NCBI RefSeq assembly: GCF_009914755.1
Contig: NC_060930.1
DNA length: 64,000 nucleotides
Direction: 5' to 3' (one strand)
Source of the DNA: the human T2T-CHM13v2.0 reference genome, Homo sapiens
Positions 17,285-29,122 of this stretch are shown piece after piece. Under the pieces are notes generated by a model. It saw nothing but the letters and a program-made list of their open reading frames with translations, made no database searches and was not told the origin of the DNA. The position numbers were made by a program, and so were the translations under genes. Numbering within the stretch: the first letter of the stretch is position 1; the number at the start of each line of letters is the position of its first letter.

Positions 17285-18934
17285 AAGGAGAGCAATTTTA
17301 GGAGGAAGGTATGGGGAGTAACCACTGGGCCCCAGGAGTTGTTTTGTTCTGTTTGTGTGTGGTTGTGGGTGGGGCAGCTGGGAAGGAAATGTCAGTGGAA
17401 AAAGGAATGCAGAAATGGATTTTTCTTTGCACCCCATCCTACCAAGCTGCACCTCTGCCTTATCCCTTTCTTCTGATAGCATCTTTTATGACTCCATTTA
17501 TTCCACAAAGCCTCACCCCGCAAAGCTCTTCCTGATATCCTTTCCACCTAGGCAAGCAGGTAAGGTACTGCCCAGCACCCACAATCCTGGAATCCTGTTA
17601 TTGTCCCGACTCAGTCTGACCCGTGGCTGGCTGTGATGCGCTGGGATTCCTCAAGACCCCTTTCTGGGTTGGGTGCAAACCAAGGGTGACTGACTCATGC
17701 TAAGGAGCCTGCACTGCCTTCTCAGAGCACAGCTCTGCCCTCCAGGACTTCACTCTGCTTCTGTTTGGGCAGGGTCTGCCCACTGCTCCTTATCTTGGTG
17801 CCACAGTAGATCTTTGGTATTCAGGTTAATTAATCTCACCCAAGCGTGCCCTTTGCTTCAGAGAAGTATTTCTCACACTTGGCTTTAACAGAACATCAGG
17901 TCCAGGTGCAAAAGGCAACACAAATGAGGTCTATTTATCCACCCACAAAACTGCCTTTCCCTCCAGAAACAGCAGGCTGACAGAGATATCGCCTACTGTC
18001 ATTCTGATTCCTTCAGTCCCGAGGTCATGAATAGTAAAATATGCAAACCAGCCACCCTTGCCTGCCATTGGTCAATAATCTATTACCAAGTAAAATCTTA
18101 CCTGGAGCCTTCCTATCAACCCCACCTGAACAAAGCGCTGCTCTAAACCTTAATTAAACCCACATTGTTCTGGGTGGTGTCTCTCCAGGCAAAGCCGTCC
18201 TTTGAAATTCAGATTCCTTGCACAAATGCATTCTGGCATGACGCTCCCTGTTGCGAGTTTGCTAGTCTAGCTATCCGAGAATAAATTATGCGTTTGTTCC
18301 AGGCTACAGAAAGCTACTGGAAAGTGGATATTCCATTTAGCATTTGTATCACTCAACTCTCTTTACACTGGAAATGGACTCCAATCCACTATTTGCATTT
18401 ATAGATCACAGGGCTAAAACAAAGTTAGTTTTCTCCTCGCAAAGAAAAAAAAAATTCCCTGTAATATTTTAGCTGATGTGACAAATGAGAGAAACCTGGG
18501 GACATGCTGAAGTTTGAAGCTGGTGCTCACTTTCATCATTGCCTGAGTTTTCCCAAGCAGCTTTTGAAGAGTGAGGAACTAAGTTTTCTTAGAAGAGTAA
18601 ATGTCTCACAGAGGGGTCACCCTTATACCTTGGATGTTGAAACTTTGTACTTCTGGAACTAAAGCAGTTACCACGGTGCTGGGCATTGGGGGTAGGGCTA
18701 AGGCGTTCTAACCTCAGGAGGGCTAACAGTTCGGGGACACTCTTTATATCTTTGGCGACCCCATTTTTTTCAAGCCCAAAATGAGGCCAGGTGATCTGGC
18801 AAGTTTTGTGTTTCTAACATTGTGACAAACCCCAAAATGATATTGCATCATGGAAAAACTCCTAGGCCCAGGCAACTGGGACCCCTGGGCTAGGCCCCAC
18901 ACTTTGGGGGGCCCATCTGGCCTTTTCCAGCCGC

Positions 18935-19054
18935 GTCTACGGCCATACCACCCTGAACGCGCCCGATCTCGTCTGATCTCGGAAGCTAAGCAGGGTCGGG
19001 CCTGGTTAGTACTTGGATGGGAGACAGCCTGGGAATACCGGGTGCTGTAGGCTT
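18935..19054 (+). pseudogene. Full-length dispersed 5S rRNA copy (RNA5SP-type), 120 nt, with one substitution (C92A) relative to the human 5S sequence as I recall it
   Basis: GTCTACGGCCATACCACCCTGAACGCGCCCGATCTCG...GGGAGACaGCCTGGGAATACCGGGTGCTGTAGGCTT. Single copy, without 5S-array spacer sequence and without an immediate T4 terminator. Confidence 0.97.
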
Positions 19055-19517
19055 ACTTTGTGTCTGACCCATGTTTCCCCGAGACAAAACACCAAGCTCA
19101 CACCACACTCACACCACAAAACAAAGAACGGGTAAAAAAGGCACACACACACTTTTTCAGTTTACACCAAACCAGAATCAAAACCAAAATCAGAGTATCC
19201 AGAAATCCAAGCCAGGTCAAAACCAAAACCAAAGTATCAAGCAATTCAAGTCAAGTCAAAAACAAAAACCAAAGTGCCAGTACAGGCACGCCGTGGGTGA
19301 TCAGGCCACGCTTCCACTCAAATGGAGTGGGCAAGTTCCAAAGACCAGTCTTACCAAGTTTCAGATGTCCGGACTCCAAGTGCCAGTTCCTTCCCGGTGT
19401 TCAGCCACTGCATTGATCCTCCACGTGGGCCTGCCACGCGCTGCTCTGACGAGGCTTTCCACGGGGGCAATTGCCTACCCGGGAGCGTTCTCAGGATCCG
19501 CGTCACTCAAGCTGGCC
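19050..19517 (-). mobile_element. HERV-E-like internal fragment (5' leader through the gag start codon), without LTR or PBS
   Basis: Minus strand reads ggccagcttgagtgacgcggatcctgag...aaacttgGTAAGAC (splice-donor-like)...T/G-rich leader...ATG GGT CAG ACA CAA AGT AAG CC (MGQTQSKP, a myristoylation-type gag start at 19072). Confidence 0.8.
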
Positions 19518-19589
19518 AAATAACTCTTCGGCCAGTTCTCCCTTGCACGGCAGCAGCACAGTGAGAATGTTCATCACAGAATTTATTCA

Positions 19590-19920
19590 GTCTCAGGGCT
19601 GTGTTTCTCCAGGTGTGGACTTCAGAATACCACCAGGTCAGAACCACCTGGGGCCGTCTCCAGACCTACTGAGTTAGAATCCCTAGTCAGTGGCTCGCAG
19701 ACCAGGGGCTGCAGACCAGCAGCATGAGCATCACCTGGGAACGTGTTAGGAACAGGCTCTAATTCTCAGGCCCCACCCCAGACCTTTTGAATCAGAAATT
19801 CTGGGTGTGGCACCTGGAAACGTGCTTCACCAGCCTCCAGGGGATTCTGATGCAGAGCAGTGGCCAGGGGTCAGCCCCAGCAATTTCAAGGAGCTCCCCA
19901 GGTGCTTCTGACACATGGGT
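19590..19920. mobile_element. Nested MER5A/MER5B MITEs
   Basis: cagtggctcgcag...accagcagcatgagcatcacctgggaacgtgttagg...ccccaccccagaccttttgaatcagaaattctggg. Confidence 0.7.
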
Positions 19921-20321
19921 AAACTGAAAAAAAGGAGAAATTAGGGGGGAAACAAACAGAAAGTCCCAGGACTCAACAGAATCTGACTTGGGATTTATGA
20001 GACATGCTCTGGGTCCACAGCCCCCTTCAGGGTCTTGGCCCTGACCTTGTCTCGTTCTTCCCTACCTTCACACGTGAGATGCTACTGTTAACACTCTAAT
20101 AACAATCGATGCTTTTAAAACTGCGACCCTTTAGGTCCACCCCAGGAAAGACCAATCCCTTGCTTATACCTAACTGTGGCCTGCCCTCTTTGTTCTGTTA
20201 CTTTCTGATTATAAGTCTCTTCCCTGATAGATGATTCTGGAGAGAAAACAGTATTGGAGGCTGTTGATTGGAAAAGTAGCTCCTAATACCATCTTTGCAT
20301 GAGCTCTCTGGAATAGCCAAA

Positions 20322-20823
20322 TGTTCTAGATTCTGTATTTGATATTTTGGCATCTTGGAGCCTGGCTGATGGTAGAGACACAGCCCCTCCCAGAGTTAGC
20401 CAGTTCCCACAGACAGTACAGGATTCACCTACAAACACATCTTTCACATTCAAGCCAACCAATCCAGAGCCCACACCTCCAACCACCTCCTTTATTGGGC
20501 TCTCACACTCAAGGCCACCAGTTACCAGTCCCAGTCACTCCAGGGCCAGGTACCAGACAACTAAGGCAATTCTATGGCCCAGAGCCTGCTGTAATTTTCC
20601 AAGCCAGCCAATCCTAAGCCTGCCTCACCTGTTCCTTCTCACAATAAAGCCTTCTGCCCATAGCTTCCCCCTTTCCCTCTGCCTCCTGACTGACCTGATG
20701 CTTCCCTGTGTGGCCCAGTGTACGCCCTCCTCCTGGGAACTGTGAGTAATAAACTATCTCTTCAATGGCCATCATCTCCTGGTCTGTTGGCCTCACCATA
20801 CCTGAATAATAATAAAACCTACA
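20322..20823 (+). mobile_element. MER74/MER73-like ERVL LTR
   Basis: tgttctagattctgtatttg...aagccaaccaatccagagcccacacctccaaccacctcc...aataaaacctaca, with TG..CA ends. Confidence 0.65.
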
Positions 20824-21629
20824 TTTTCAAGCACCTCTATCTTCCCTTAGGAAGGAAGTGGATATCCCTGGAGACATTAAGCTTTGGGCTGATCCTTAAG
20901 ACATCTGGCATAGAGGTGTGGGAAGGTCTGTGCCACCAACCATGTTGCAAGCAGACTAGGATTGCAACAACTGCCTTCTTCAGAAGCACAGCTCCCCCTC
21001 TCCCAGGAATTTTCCTGACAGATTCTTCCCTTTGTCTCTACAGAAGAAAAGGGAGTGAAGGGGCAGCAACTGAGTGAGCACAGGTGGGGAGATGGGTAGG
21101 AGATCTGATGCCAGGGTCAGTCTGCCTCATGCAGGCCCACTCCTCCACTAACTGGCTGAGAGATCCTGGGCAGCACCTCCCAGAGTAAGCCAACGCCTAG
21201 AGGCATACAGGACTCACCTGCAAACACACTCTACTTACATCTGCTTGTGTCACTGTTTTCTTAACTGCAAAATGGGGATTTAACCCCACCCGCTTCATGT
21301 AAGGAATAAAAGAGATAACATACATAGGGCTCCAGGACTGGGTGCAGCCCATGGAGGCACTTCATGAGTGGTTAGCTGTGAGTGAGGTGCACATTAGCCC
21401 TGTCCCAGCAATCCCCTAGTCCTCGTGTCACCACCACCAGGAAGCCTTTAACTTTAGAGACTAAGAAACTGCAGTATCACATATTGACATGTAAAACTAT
21501 GCTGTCACTGATGCAACGGTTTGATGGATTAATTTGGGGATGTAGAGGGCCACCTGAGATGGCCCCTTGAATGGAAGATGTTCCATTCTCTGCTTCCCCA
21601 TCCTTTGAATGCCACTTTTTTTCTCAACA

Positions 21630-22160
21630 GCAGTGGTTTTCAAAGTGTGGTCTCTGGACCAGCAGCATCAGCATCACCCTAGGCCTTGTTAGAAATGCAA
21701 ATTCTTGGGCCTACTAAACCAGACACTCTGGGTTTGGGGTCCAGTAACCCATACCCTAACAAGCCCTACAGAAGATTCTGATGCATGCTTGCTATGGACT
21801 GAATATTTGTATCTCTCCAAAATTCCTGTGTTTAAGTCCTAATCCCCAATGTGAGGTATTATGAGGTGGGGCCTTTGGGAGGCTCTGCCTTCATGAATGG
21901 GATTTGCCCACATAAAAGAGGCCCAAGAGAGCTCCCTTGCCTCTTCCACCATGTGAGGATGCAGCAAGCTGTGCGTCTATGACCCAGGGAACAGGCTCTC
22001 ACCAGACATCAAATGTGCCAGTGCCTTGATCTTGGACTTTCCAGCCTCCAGAACTGTAAGTAATAAATTTCTGTAGTTTTTAAGCCACCCAGTCAATGGC
22101 AATTTTTTGTTATAGCAGCCTGAACAGAGTAAGACAACACTCAAGTTTGAGAACTACTGC
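21630..22160. mobile_element. MER5A split by a MaLR LTR
   Basis: cagtggttttcaaagtgtggtctctggaccagcagcatc...gattctgatgcatgct [LTR] acactcaagtttgagaactactg. Confidence 0.8.
21790..22136 (+). mobile_element. MLT1A/MST-like MaLR solo LTR
   Basis: tgctatggactgaat...ccttgatcttggactttccagcctccagaactgtaag...agtaagaca. 5-bp flanks atgct/acact, both derivable from ACGCT by CpG decay. Confidence 0.85.
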
Positions 22161-22596
22161 TTTATCACAGTGGAACCACTCATGCAGTGCTGGATCTAGA
22201 GCTAGCTAGGGAATAGGGCAACTTCCTGAGGGGTTTGGAATCCAATTTCTAATCAATGGAGCATATAATAAATAAAGACAATATGGCCATATCTGAAACC
22301 TGCTGTCCCTAGGCCCACACAATTTATATCATCCCTGCGGGTGATGAAAAACGTTCCACCTACCATGTCTTCAGCTTGTCCACTGGCCGCTTCTTCAGAG
22401 GGCTCCCTCGCCTGCCAAGGCCTGATTGATGCTGTCACAGCACCTGAAAAAGGGTTTAAGGCAGGGAGATAGGGATGAGAGTTTGCTTAAGATAGGGGTA
22501 TTTGTCCCTGGTGGGTCAGCATTCCTTATCAGAGACTGCTTCAAACAACATTGCTGATAATAACATATCCCCTCAAAGGCACCAAGAGAGTCTGTC

Positions 22597-22958
22597 CATC
22601 TTAGTTTGTGCTGTCCATAACAAAGTATTATAGAGTGGGTGGCTTATAAACAACAGAAATTTATTTCTCACGGTTCTGAAGACTAGGAATCCAAGATCAG
22701 AGGGCCGGCATAATCATGTTCTGGTGGGGGCCCTCTTCTGTGTTGCAGACTGCCGACTTCCCATTGTATCTTCACAAGGTGGAAAGAGGACCAGAGAGCT
22801 CTCTCTTTCATAAGGGCACCAATCCCATTCATGAGGACTCCACCTTCATGACCGAATCACCTCCACAAAGGCCCCATCTCCAAATACCAACACATTGGGG
22901 ATTAGAATTCAACATAAGAACGGGGCAAGGAGTGGATACCAACATTCAGTCCATAGCA
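22597..22958 (-). mobile_element. MLT1A-like MaLR LTR
   Basis: ggtggcttataaacaacagaaatttatttctcacggttctg...aacattcagtccatagca. Confidence 0.85.
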
Positions 22959-23819
22959 CTCACCATCTCTCAGAAGGTGGAAGGAGATGTCCGTGTCTAA
23001 AATCTGAATTGCTCTTGGCTTGTTTAGTACTGTCATGTAAAGTAAAGCACACAAAATCCACATAAACTGCTGAGAAAGAGATCTATTTGGAATGCAAATG
23101 GAGCCTGTCCTTAGGTCTACACAGGTAAACATGGAAGATACCTGGGAGAATTTAGCTCTGAAGTTGAGGGAAGTGTAACTATAGTTGCATTTCTGGGACA
23201 TCGCAGGAAAACTCTTTTCCCATTGATTGAGACCTCCACTCTCAGCCCCTCTATTTCCTGCCTTCTTGCACCCTTGCCTACCCCTCCTGCCCTAGCTCAG
23301 ACATGGTCCATCAATTTCAGCCATATTTGCCAGTATCCCCTACCCCAGTTCTCCTCAAACTTGGACCCCAGACCAGTTAAAGCTGAATGTCTGTATTGGG
23401 ATTGAAGCCTCAGTATATCTTTTAAGTTCCCCAGGTGATTCCCATATGCAGCCAAGTTGGAGGACCAGGGATCTACTCTGCGCTTCCTTCACACCTGCCA
23501 CAGACACCAACTCTCCAATAATTGCAGTGTCTGCCTCCTCAACACCTGTCCCTGGCCACAGAGCCTGGTGGGGACAACCACATCCTCTCATGCTCACCTC
23601 CTTCAGTTCTTCCTGGGCCTGCCAAACTCTAGTGTGCAGTTGGCCATCACTCCCCCATTTTCCATACTGGTCATTTCCAAACTTCTCCATCCTCCTCAAA
23701 AGCTTCTGTCTTCTGCTCAGCATACCCTTCCTCAGGGAATTCACCTAACTCCTGCCACCCCACTTATGGATTTACTGCCCCATTCTTTCTGCCACCCTCT
23801 CATCACAGTGAAAGGCTGA

Positions 23820-24191
<372 letters not shown>

Positions 24192-24435
24192 TAGGTTCTA
24201 ATCCCCTTCCCAGACTGTCGCATCTATTTCAGTTACCCCTTCTTTCTTTGGTTTTCAGCTCTTCCTCTGGATGGACTTTCCCAGCAGTATTTAAACATGC
24301 TCAGGCTTCTACCATCAGTGCTATTTTTAAATGTCCATCACATTCTGTCTCTCCCTGATCAAACTCTTCCACAGCACCTTGTCAGCACTTAGAATAGAAA
24401 GTCTGTATGCAGGAAACACAGACTCTTTGGTCTGG

Positions 24436-24891
24436 GTATGATGGTTAGTTTTATGTGTCAACTTCACTGGATCACAGGGTGCCTAGATATCTGGTTAAAC
24501 ATTATTTTGGGTGTGTCTGTAAGGGTGTTTCTGGGAGAAATTAACATTTGAGTCAGTAGACTGAGTGAAGCAGATGGTCCTCCCCAAGGTGGGTGGGCAT
24601 CATCCATTCCATGGAGGGCCTGCATAGAGCAAAACGGCAGAGGAAGGGAGAATTTCCTCTTTGCGTGCTTGCTTGAGCTAGGATATCACCCTTCTTCCCT
24701 CAGACAGAAACTTGCACTATCAGCTCACCTGCTTCTAAGGCCTCTGGACTTGGACTAGAATTTATACTACTGGCTGTCTTAGGTCTCCAGCTTGCAGATA
24801 GCAGATTGTGGAACTTCTCAGCCTCCATAATCAAGTGAGCCAATTCTGCATAAATCTCATATATAAATATGTATATAACCTGATGAATGCA
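24436..24891 (+). mobile_element. MLT2 (ERVL LTR)
   Basis: tatgatggttagttttatgtgtcaacttcactgg...tgtgtctgtaagggtgtttctggg...cttctcagcctccataatca. Confidence 0.85.
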
Positions 24892-25316
24892 CTGGACATG
24901 CCATACAAATATCTCTTCGTCTCAGAAACCTGACATGGCAGGCCTATTTTAGGCCCTCTGGGCTCTTCCATGGGGGTTAGGAACACAAGTGTCCCCTGTT
25001 CTTAGACCCTAAACTTATCCAGGTAATTCCATCTCCATCTCTCCAACCACCAATACTGCCCCTTCTTGGGGACTCACAGCAGCATCTAATCCTCTGGCTT
25101 CCTCTCTGACTCTTCTCCTTCCCTCGGTCCAGGAATATGTATCTAGGCCTAAATGGGGAGGAGCTATTGGGGGGAGTCTAGCTCTGGCTGGTGATATAGT
25201 CTTCCAAATGGATCATGAGTCTTTGATGGTTTTGAAATCCAAAAGGCAAGAATTATTTTCTTGTCTTTTGCATTCTACTATTTTATCCCTTCTCTAAAGT
25301 AAGAAAATAAAAACGA

Positions 25317-25632
<316 letters not shown>

Positions 25633-25863
25633 TTAATATTTCAAAATCTCTTTCTCACCTCATGGGTTTAATAATGTAGCCAATAGTAGATCTTAATATA
25701 TCTAAATCAGAGCTAACAAACGGAAACTGTGGTCAAAGCACAGTGTGATGACACATTTGGGAGTGACAGTGATTGCTTGACCAGCATAGGGGTAGATCTT
25801 TTGTGTAGGAGCCCCGTCAAAGCTGACGCAATGGATACAACCAAATCCTTCATGATTTCCAAG

Positions 25864-26357
25864 AGACTGCTGGCTGTCTACAGTATCTGATCTCCTTTTC
25901 TCCATACTAATTTCAGCATTTTTAGCTGAGCACATGGCCACCCAGAACAAAGACTGCATTTTCCAGCCTCTTTTGCAGCTAGACTTAGCTTTGATAGTTC
26001 TGGTAGACGGAATGGGAGTGTGTGTTATATAGACTTTGTAGGAGCTTTCCTTAGAGACAATGATGGTGTGAGTGTGGGTGCGCTTTGCCTCTTTTCCACT
26101 TTGTATCTTCATGCTGGCTAGACTATAGATGTAATGGTTGGAGCTAAAGCAACATTTGTGAACCATAAGGTGGCAGCCACATATTGATGATAATGGAGAA
26201 TTAGGAGAGAAGGAACCCGGATCCCTGCTAATCATGGAGCTGCAACAGCAACCTTGGCTTGCCTACATTTACCTGAAAGGGAAATAAACTTCTATCTTGC
26301 TTAAGATCCTACTACTTTGGATTTTCTGGCCTGTGTAACTGAACCTAATTCTAATAT
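25864..26357 (+). mobile_element. Old ERVL-class LTR (LTR33-like)
   Basis: ttttccagcctcttttgcagctag...gaaataaacttctatcttgcttaag...ctgaacctaattctaatata. Confidence 0.5.
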
Positions 26358-27228
26358 ATCATGTAGCACCAGGAATGGGATTCTGAAGATAGCTTATTTC
26401 AATAAACTTTTGCTGTGAAGCAAAAGGCAGTGAGGACTCAATATCGCAGTTTGGAAAGTTGGTGACTCCTATTATTTCAATTGCAAAATAGTTAGCAAAA
26501 CCATCAACTGTGAGCAATGCCATACCAAAGCACCTTGGAGCCAAAGGCAAAAGGAAAAATCAACAACACTGATACTGTTTTTATTTAAAATTTTGATATT
26601 CATCATATTTTTGCATTAATTTTTATTTTAAAAAAATCACATTAAAATATTATTTATCTTGATTACTGAGACATTCTCTGTGCCCCTTTAAATTTTGCAC
26701 CTGAGGTGAGTATTTCACATATTACCTCGGTTTTAGCCCTGCTGTGATGTGAAGTATTATGAGGTTATACCACATCCCAGCCAAGGGCATACCCGTAAGA
26801 GGTCTAGAATACTTATTTGTGTTGTCACTTCTGACTACCTTCAACAAAGTCCTATAAGAGAGAAACTAAGTCCAATTATAGCTAGTTTATCTACAGGCAG
26901 AGATGAAAGTGAGGCTTTTTATGCCTGTGTTTTGCAATCTAAATTCACTGAGAGCCATTTAGACCTCCTCAGCTGAAAACGTCAACTGCTTCTGCAGCCC
27001 AAACTAATGTTATTATAAGCAGTGACTTCAAAGTGACAGCCTGTGGCCACATGTCTTTTTTAAGCAACTTCCTTTAGGTTATCTCTGCTGGACAACAGGA
27101 GCCTCTCCAGCAGCAAAGTCAAATTAAGGTTTTTGTCTTTCCACTTAACCCTATGCATCAGATGGCCTCAAGGGAGCCACCGTGGAGTTGAAAGAGAGGT
27201 AGGTGGGTAGAGCACAGAGGCTGGTAAT

Positions 27229-27270
27229 TCAGACTAGATCAGGCATGTTCAGAGTGGGATGGCCATAGAT
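27229..27270 (-). pseudogene. Tailless 5S rRNA 5' fragment (nt 1-42), diverged
   Basis: Reverse complement atctatggccatcccactctgaacatgcctgatctagtctga versus 5S GTCTACGGCCATACCACCCTGAACGCGCCCGATCTCGTCTGA. Flanked by near-TSD agaggctggtaattcag/agaggctgctcattcag. Confidence 0.8.
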
Positions 27271-27493
27271 AGAGGCTGCTCATTCAGTCTTTAGGTTAAA
27301 CACTTTGTCTAGACAGATATTCAATAGTGGTTGTTTGCACAAGAAACCAACTGAAGCCAGATAGGTGAAAAGCTTAAACTTTTGAGGAACTTAAATCACT
27401 AAACTGACCTGATTTACAAAGCTGACCTGAAATAGCCTGAATTATTCAAACTTTGAACAGCTCTATGACCCCCAGATCTGGTCCAGCTGGAGG

Positions 27494-27511
27494 TGTGTGC
27501 AACCCATGAAA

Positions 27512-27550
<39 letters not shown>

Positions 27551-28362
27551 GTATATATATAGTCTCTGCCTCTAGTTCCTGACACAGAGCTCCCAGTTTC
27601 TCAGAATTTCCTGGGGGGTAGGAGCATCTTTTGATCTAATGAGATGACTTTTCCTGGGCTTCTGCATGAGGGCTGGTGACTAGACAAACCAAGCCATGAT
27701 TAGAAGCTTGAAACTTTCAGTCCCACCCTCTCATCCTCTTTTTTTTCCCTCCGTTTCTTTCTCCAGAAAAGGGAGAGGAGCTGGAGACTGAGTTAATAAC
27801 TGATCATGACTACATGATGCAGCCTTCGTAGTAATCCCTGAACTATGGGGTTTGGAGAGCTTCTAGGTTGGTGAACACGTGAAGGTGCTGGGAGGGTGGT
27901 AAACCAGGAAAGGCCATGGAAGGTCTGCACCCCTCCCACATACCTTACCCTATGTACTTCTTTATCTGTCTCTATCATTTGTATTCTTTAGTAAATAATA
28001 AGCCAATAAATGTAAACAAGTGTTTCCCTGTGTTCTGTGAGCCTTCTTAGCAAATTATTGAACCCAAAGAAGGGTCGTGGGAACCCTGATTTGTAGCTAT
28101 CAGTCAGAAGTAAAGGTGATAACATGGGATTTAAGATTGGTTTCTGAAGTGACGGGCAGCCTTGTGGGACTGAGCCCTTAACCTGTGGGGTCTGCAGTAA
28201 CTCTGGTTAGTGTCAGAACTGAACTGAATCGCAGGACACCCAGTCAGTGTTCACAGAAAACTGGAGAATGCCTTGGTGGGGAAAAACACACTCTCCTTAT
28301 TTCAGTGATCAGAAATGTTCTGTGTTGTGAGTGTGATGAAATGCTAGTATAATTTATTTCAC
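27494..28362 (+). mobile_element. MER21-family LTR containing a (CA)n microsatellite at about 27513-27548
   Basis: ttcctgacacagagctcc...accaagccatgattagaagcttgaaactttcag...gtgggactgagcccttaacctgtggggtctgc. Confidence 0.8.
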
Positions 28363-29122
28363 ACATTTTGAAAGTTCTAGCACATTTTCAAGAGTCAGAG
28401 AAAATTTTTTTCAAAAGCATATTCATTGCTTTTTCTGTAAAAAGGCATCAACAATAGCCACACAGTATTTATTATTGAATTAAATGCAAAAATGCATATG
28501 GAAATTCTTAGGAAATTTCAAAGCTTGGTATAAATACAAGGATTTTATGTAATGTGGGTTCACAAGTTCATGGCTAACTCAAAATCGAGACTTTTTTACA
28601 ATTGGAAATCAACCCCTGCAAAATATGCTTGAAAATAACTACAAAAATAAATCACACCAACAATTTTTGGCCAATAGACCAGCTATTTTGCTCTTTGGTA
28701 AACTCACTAAAACAGAGGGATTTATTGATATTCCTTCTTTGCTAAACAGAATATTCTGGGAACACATGCAGAAAAGATAAATAAATATGTGTTCTGATAG
28801 AGGAGTTGAAACGAATGTGGAATTGAAAGCCATCAGAACAAAGCCAATAATCATTTCTGAGACTATGATGATTCCACATATGCCAAATAAGTGTTTCAAG
28901 ATGCGTCGGATCCATTAACTATCACTGGCCAATTCAGAAGACACCAATTCTGGGTACCTGCCAACCTAATTAGATATTTTTGTTTCCCCAAGAGATAATT
29001 GCAACATGCTTATCATGTATTATATACACATTGAGACTAGGTTCATTTGAAAATATACTCATATGTATCCTGGGATTCATTGAACTTGGAGAACATTTTC
29101 CTCTATAAATGAGGTACTTTCA

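Noticed and set aside
18935-19054. Canonical arrayed 5S rRNA gene
   Set aside because: It is a single dispersed copy with no tandem GC-rich spacer, no T-run terminator, and ERV sequence directly downstream.
19060-19523. ORFs of 118 and 150 aa rich in Q/N/K/T
   Set aside because: They are antisense translations of the T/G-rich ERV leader, open because of base composition.
25702-26235. 177-aa minus-strand ORF
   Set aside because: It overlaps an old LTR and shows no recognisable domain or exon structure.
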